Shown here piece by piece: positions 57,472 through 64,000 of a DNA stretch of 64,000 bases (the first letter of the stretch is position 1; each line of letters starts with the position of its first letter). Source of the DNA: Paramecium tetraurelia. Taxonomy: Eukaryota. Under the pieces are notes generated by a model that saw nothing but the letters and a program-made list of their open reading frames with translations, had not been told where the DNA came from and ran no database searches. The DNA is taken from contig CT868141.1 of NCBI GenBank assembly GCA_000165425.1, positions 124,001 through 188,000 on the forward strand, written 5' to 3'. The translations under genes and the position numbers were made by a program.

Positions 57472-57858
57472 ATGGAATATTATACAGATATTCAAAATGA
57501 GCTAAAACAAAAATATAATCAGCACTATAATCTATATTAGGTATAATAACTTTTTAATCATTAGAAATAATAATTGGAACGCAAGATACTTTGCTATAAA
57601 AATAATAGTGAAGACCCTCTTAAGTATCAACAATGCATTGAAGATTTGAATACAAGAATGAATATGAATTCCACTACACTTAGAAATAGATTCAATCAAA
57701 TAGAAATAGATGATAAAGATTGTTAAGGTAAATGCTATGATGACTCTAAATGCATTTAACGATGTGAAGAATAATCAAGAAAAAAAGCAATTTAATTATA
57801 AGAATAATTTTATAAATTAATGTTATAAGAAAATCCAGAATACAAAAAATTGTAATGA
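57472..57858 (+). CDS. Small twin-CX3C helical protein, FAM136A/DUF842-like
   Basis: ILCYKNN...YQQCIED...DCQGKCYDDSKCIQRCEE. One intron, about 120 aa. Confidence 0.75.
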
Positions 57859-57886
57859 AATGTATTATATAATATAATCTATAAAC

Positions 57887-60583
57887 TCAGAATATTGTGC
57901 AATCATCAGTTTATGTAACACTTTATTCTTATTATTGTTCATCAATAATTTGCTTTTCTTAATTAGGTTAACTTTCTTTAAAATATTAGTGCTGATTTGT
58001 AGTTTGTTACTCCAATTAGTATGGTTGATTTTATTAAAATTATGATAACAATCGATTCATTTATTCTTCATGAGTTGATTCTAGTAATGAGATCTTTTCT
58101 TCATAAAAAGACTTTAATTAATGAATTTCCTATCCCTCATATTATTTAAGACTTTGATTAATTTCTTTATTAATTCGCTCATAACTCTACATCTAATCAA
58201 AGTACTCAATTTTTAATTGATTCACTTCTACAAACTTCTGTTTTAAATTAAATAATTCTTTCTCCTTATGCAAAAGATTATTTCTAATTTAAATATTGTT
58301 TTCTTATAATTCTTTGTTAATACTAGTTTAATTATGAGTTTAAGCATTAGTTTAATTGTTATTTTAATCAAATTCTTTTCTTTTCAAACCTAAAATTTGA
58401 ACATTTAAATCATCTATATGCTTATTTAATTTATCTGATTGTTCATTTTATTTGGCATACAGCAATCTCATTTCTTCTGTATTTTTTTTTTACTCTTCAA
58501 GCTATTTCTTTAACTCTTATGTTTCTTATTCTTTCTCTTCGAGTTTTACAGTAAAGAAGGAATTTTATTATTGTAAAAATGAAGTTTTTTTTAATAATGA
58601 AACCCTATCTTCTGTTAGTCGATATACTTCTTATTCATATTCACTATTTATTTTCTCCTTCAACTAGTTTTCGAATTCAGTTTTGTTTTTTTAATTTTAC
58701 TGTAATTGGATTTATAAATTGTTTATCTCAAATTTTAACCCACTTATTTCTGAGTGTAAATTAGAAATTTGATTTCTATAATTCTCCTCTTTCTATTCAA
58801 AAGCCTTAGTTTAGATTTCTTTGTTGTCTGCTGTCATCTAATTGTTATTTGATAATTAAGCTTTTAAACTACTAACAGTGTTATAATTATCCATTTCACT
58901 TTATTATTGTTAATCAATATATCTTTGAATTAACTCTTTTTATTATGAGACTTTTTCTTCTAACTCCTTTATCAAATTAGATTTTTCTTATAATTCTCTT
59001 TGAAAAAATGTTCTTTCAGGATCATCTAATTTCACTGAACTTCTACTTATCCTTGAATTATTAGCATCATATTCTAAATCTTGATCCTATTTTGCATAAC
59101 TGATTGAATTTCTTAAGCCTGACAATTCTTCATTTTGCCTTTTGATTGCTTAATATAACTCCTTAATTTAATTCTTATTGCTATCGTACTTTTCGTTCTG
59201 TATCATATACTCTATTTTAGAATGTTAATTATCTTTTAAGAATCCTATAAATGAATCCAATAAATATTGTAGTGCATTATCACAGCTTGATTATCTTTGT
59301 TGTTATTATTCCTCTTTCTTCACCTATGATTATTATTATGTGATAATATTTGAAGATTATTGTGGTAGTTACTCCTTGCTTGTCAAACTAGTCCTGTATT
59401 TTCTTTTTTGCGTATCTTCCATTTATAAGAAAGTCGTTAATTACTCCAATTAAATGTTCTTCATAATTTAGTGTGGAATTTCATCTATTTGTACCTCTGC
59501 AATGACCTTCTGTAATTCCAAACAGATATTAGCTAAGAATTTCTCGTAAATAGAAAACTATTTTAAGTAGATACAATAAATATACTTCTCTATTGATGAG
59601 CAATTGATTAAAGAGAAAATATCCAACATAGAATTCTATGTGATTAAACATAAGAGTTGTAAGGATATCAGATGAATAAGTATCCAAAAATACTTTTAAT
59701 TTAGATCTCAATAAAGAATCGATTTTAGAATTCGATTATTCTGTTATACAATCTAATAAAAATTTGACTTCTTAATCAATAGGCTTGTTTTCTTCGACAT
59801 CCAATTTATGGTATTGAAATCTTGAAGGTAGTACCTTTTGATGTAAAAACAATAATAGTAATAAGCAGATGGCCTCATCGCAAAAATACAAGATGTAGGT
59901 AGTTATAAAGACCAGATTTCTAGTTAATTTAATAGGGTTTGTTTAAAAGAAACAATGCAAGACATTTGATATCTTTGTCAATAATGAAATTTCCTATTCT
60001 CCTACACACATTTTATAGTTCCATTCATATAGAGAATAGTTTAAGGTTTTTTTATTCTAAGTGGATAATAATGGAATTCACATACCTCTTTAAAATATCT
60101 CTGAAGATTGGTTTAAATTTAATTTTTTGTTTCGTTGCTAGCATTTTTCAAAATTTAAGATAAAGATTTTTAATATTCTTCTTATGCCTTATCTATTGCA
60201 AAGCTGAAAAATGAATAAAATAATACTCATCTCCCTGAGCCAGATATGCCCACCTTTTTCCAATTCCAGACAAATGTCCAAACTTGCATTTTTCTACTTC
60301 CATCTACTATGTTTAATGCTTTGAATCATCTTTGCAATTCTTACAAATTCTATGAGGAGTTTTTAAATCATGAGATGCAATAATTGCCTTATCAGGAGCA
60401 CAGTTGTAACACACATATCTAAGACATCTTTTGCATTGATGTTATTTGTGTTTCCTTTGATACTTGTAAAACTAGTTAATACCAATCGAAAGTTTAGTTG
60501 CATAATTCACAAACCTCATTTTTGTTAGTTGAACTTCCAACAAATGTTTTATAAGTGAATTTAGAACCAATCTTTTCCAACAT
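57887..60583 (-). CDS. FYVE-like zinc finger + degenerate TBC-like region + coiled coil + CaaX protein
   Basis: CELCNQTF..KHKQHQCKRCLRYVCYNC...HRICKNC (8 Cys), a helical middle domain and a long Q/E/K coiled coil. Ends DDCTIF-TGA. Confidence 0.8.
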
Positions 60584-60686
60584 TTATCTATATTTTATAT
60601 TATATTAATAATTCAATAAGTTTGAAGCAATTAACATCAAAATTCAATTTAGAGATTATGTTTTGAATAATATATATATTTATTAA

Positions 60687-62448
60687 ATGTCTTAAGATCG
60701 AGGCTATGATCATGGATTATCAGGGTAATCCTCGCAATCCCCTTCTCATTAGCAGACTTAGAAAAGAATGGATTAATTTTCCCTTGATTTTTTTATTGAA
60801 AAGAGATTTATCACTTAGGAGGATTTGAAACCAATTTTGGAAGATGTTAGAGTAATCAATCAACTAGAATAACTTAGTGCCAATATAATGTTGAGTCCAT
60901 CAACTTGAATCCCAAGAATTAAATTCCAGCCTTGGAAGGAACAGCTTTTTCTATAATTGATCATGATGAAAATAAATTAAATGCAAGATGTGATGCAGTC
61001 AATAAAATCTTTTAATTAATAGAACAAAGAAGTAAACAAATCCTAGAAATAATTATGTTGATTCCTGAAGGTAAAATCAATTAATAACCCAGGGACTGTC
61101 TCATATGTAATTGGAACCCAAGGGAAATAAATTGAGCACATTAAATTAGAGACCAAAGCCCATCTCGTAATTAATTAACCAATCTATGAGTTCAAATTAA
61201 GAACAGTGACAATTATTGGTAAATGCTATTTCAATATCATAGGGGAGTCTTCTCGCATCTTTTATGCAATTAAATTGATCATAAAGCAATTGCAAGAAAG
61301 AGGAATTTCAAATGAAGATTATGCTAAAAAGGCAGAACCCCTAGATCCGAGAAGAGTCATGACAAAAGTATTTTGAATTATTATTAGAGGCCAAATTTGC
61401 TTTTTCGAATGTGATAATAGAATATATATTAAAAAATAGAGAATTAGAGAAAAAGTACTCTGTGAGATTAAAGGGCAAATCTATTAATGATATAAAAATA
61501 AAAGTATTGATCAAAAAGATAATTAGAAAAACAAATTGAAAAAGGATGAAGGAATATTATAAATTGATGGGACATTATTCAATGTTTAAGAGGCAATTTA
61601 AAATATAATAAAGAAAGTGACTCAGCAATTCAAGAAGAACGAGTTCGATATAAGAATAGTAATGCCTGCTAATTTTGCATCTAAATTAATTGGAGCGAGT
61701 AAAGAATCCTTTTATAATATATAATAGAGGGATGTTAGATTAAGGAATTAGCCAATAAAGCTAGAGGGGCATAAATAAAGGTGCTTTCAGATAAGGATGA
61801 CACTGATGTCGGCTAAGGTTAGAATCCTAAGGAATTTTAGATTGTTTGGTATAAGTGACAGGATCAATGGAAAATAAATAGGAAGCAACAATCTTGATTT
61901 TGGAATAGATTGAATGTTTCAAGAATGGAGGACCTGTATATAAATAATTAATAAGATCCTTGAAAGTGGAAAGTACATAAATGAAAACTTCGCATAATAA
62001 TACAAAAACTCAGTGCAGGTCTAAGACATGAAGCAAAGAAGGTTAGAGTGGAAGCATTAATTAGGTAGACAATAGTCATCTTCCTCGCGTTCAGATAGAA
62101 GGCAGAGATCAAGGTCGTCGAATAAAAGGTAGAAACATGCCAGAAGATCCAGGTCTTCAAGGTACTTAAAGATTATAATCAAGTTCCCATAAACACAAGT
62201 CCAGATAGTAAGTCCTCAAGACAAAAATAGTTGTCAAGCAATCTCTAATTGATATGATGCATAAATATTTAATTAGATTTTGTCAGGATTTTAATGTGAA
62301 GGTACACACTCTTCCTTCTGTATATTATATATTTGATAAATAGGAAATAGGACAAGAGACTATTGTTAAGATAAGTGGAGATGTTAGAGGTTGTATAGCT
62401 GTGATCTAATATATATTAAGTGAGTAATGTAAATTGTCCAAAAGATGA
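60687..62448 (+). CDS. Multi-KH-domain RNA-binding protein
   Basis: KH motifs IIMLIPEGTVSYVIGTQGKQIEHIK and IRIVMPANFASKLIGARGCQIKEL. Arg/Ser/Gln-rich linker. About 9 tiny introns. Confidence 0.88.
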
Positions 62449-63015
62449 AAGTTAAAATAAAAAAATACATAATTCTCATCATATTAATAAGATTAATTTC
62501 AATTTCTGAATTTCTCGATTTCAAATTGGATTCATCTACCTTTGTGTAATTTATAGAATCAATAAAAATAAAGTTTTATTACTATTCACACTAACAATGT
62601 TATATATCAAAGGAGAATCATCTTTTTATTTATATTCATTTTTGATATATTCCCCTTTCATTGTATGTATTAATGTTTTTAAGGCATAATTTCTAAGAAT
62701 ATAAGAATTTCATAAGCATATCGTGTTGGTTTTATTTTTTAAACCATTCCTATTATTTATTGTTGTATTTTAGTTTTCGAATATTTTGTTCTTATTTTAG
62801 AATCCAGAATGATTATTTCTAATATATAATTTATATTTATTATTATATTTAATAATACGTAATTGTACTTAATATGTTTACGCAATAATCAGTTGAATTT
62901 GCCATATATTTATTTATAGAAATTAGTAATATGATTTATAAGATTAATAAATAGTGACGTATGAAATGCTGCTAATACCTAAATTGATTGTCGAATTAAT
63001 ACTTTAAAAAATTAA

Positions 63016-64000
63016 ATGTCTGATTTTATTCAATGGACATATGATAATAGACTTCAGATCTCTATAGACTTAGCAGCTGGTTCAGTTAGTGGAATGTATT
63101 TGATAATTAATTACTCTAAATAGAGCAAATTGTATATCAAGTCATCCATTAGACACTGTTAAAGTTAGGATGCAAATGTCTAATGATGGAGTGTTGTCAA
63201 CTTTAAGGAATATTTTCAAAAATGAAGGAACAAAGGGTTTCTATAAAGGAATGTCATTTCCTATACTTTCCATACCTATTACAAACGCGATAGTTTTTTC
63301 TGTCTATGAATTTTGGAGATCATTTTTTATTGGAAATTCGAACAAATAACTAACATACTTTTAAACGTAATTTTTTTCGAGATAATTATTAGTGCTTTTT
63401 GTGGAAGTATTGCAGGCAGCTCAGCAGCCTTTTTTTCATGTCCAATAGAGCTGACCAAGTGCAAATTGTAGATGCAATCAACAGAAAAAATATATAAAAA
63501 TCCTATGGACTGCATTCAATAAGTAAGTTTTTGTACGACAATATTTTTAGATATATAAAAAGGAAGGTTTTAAGTCCTTATTTCGTGGAATGTGTGCTAC
63601 TCAATAAAGAGAAATTCTAGGTTATTCGGCTTAGTTTGCAGTCTATGAATTGATCAAAGACTTCTTATGTGGTTTGTCTTAAAAGGCAGAACCATCCACA
63701 ACAAATCTTTTAATTTCAGGAGGTTTAGCCGGAGTTTCATGCTGGACGATAGGATATCCTTAGGATGTATTTGTCCTTATTAAAATTTAGACTATAAAGA
63801 CTATTTTGTAATGCTAAAAATCAACAGATTAAGGCATTTATAAAGTTAGATTTTATGATGGGGGTTTTTTAGATTGCTTAAGAAAAAAAATAATCTCGGA
63901 AGGACTTAGATCAATATGGAAAGGATATTCTGTTTGTATTTTGAGATCATTCTATGCCAACGCTATCGGATTTTATGCATACGAATTAGCAAAAGAAAAT
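63016..64000 (+). CDS. Mitochondrial carrier (SLC25; carnitine/acylcarnitine or basic amino-acid carrier-like), 3'-truncated by window edge
   Basis: Three PX[DE]XX[KR] signatures (HPLDTVKVRMQ, CPIELTKCKLQ, YPQDTIKT) plus EGTKGFYKGMSFP. Several tiny introns. Confidence 0.93.

Noticed and set aside
62480..62860. Possible small minus-strand gene between the KH and carrier genes
   Set aside because: Only short N/K-rich frames with no clear start, introns or motifs, so it cannot be supported.

Overview
This is AT-rich, very gene-dense eukaryotic DNA. It reads as a ciliate macronuclear chromosome segment, most consistent with Paramecium. Long reading frames appear only when TAA/TAG are read as Gln and TGA is the sole stop (genetic code 6), and genes are split by tiny (about 20-35 nt) GT..AG introns. 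The supplied standard-code ORF track is therefore mostly fragments or antisense noise. By hand translation I can support about 35 protein-coding genes. They include Rab1, PP1, an AK8-like adenylate kinase, an archaeal-type iPGM, SBPase, an EED-like WD40 protein, Tat-SF1, a DEG15/TYSND1-like protease, a chorein/VPS13-family protein, a thioredoxin-reductase-family gene, an aquaporin, a Cys-rich surface antigen, a TTLL, a sorting nexin, a KH protein and a mitochondrial carrier. I saw no transposon, CRISPR array, rRNA/tRNA or telomeric repeat. The main anomalies are four: (i) a roughly 350-nt tract of the TrxR gene where conserved residues appear systematically changed by C/T-to-A substitutions; (ii) a +1 frameshift at CCC-CTT-CGA in an otherwise intact iPGM; (iii) an ATGA stop/start overlap; (iv) divergent gene pairs with only 13-22 nt between start codons. 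Anomalies (i) and (ii) may simply be assembly errors. Coordinates and intron boundaries come from manual reading and may be off by a few bases. Family assignments come from remembered motifs, not database searches.
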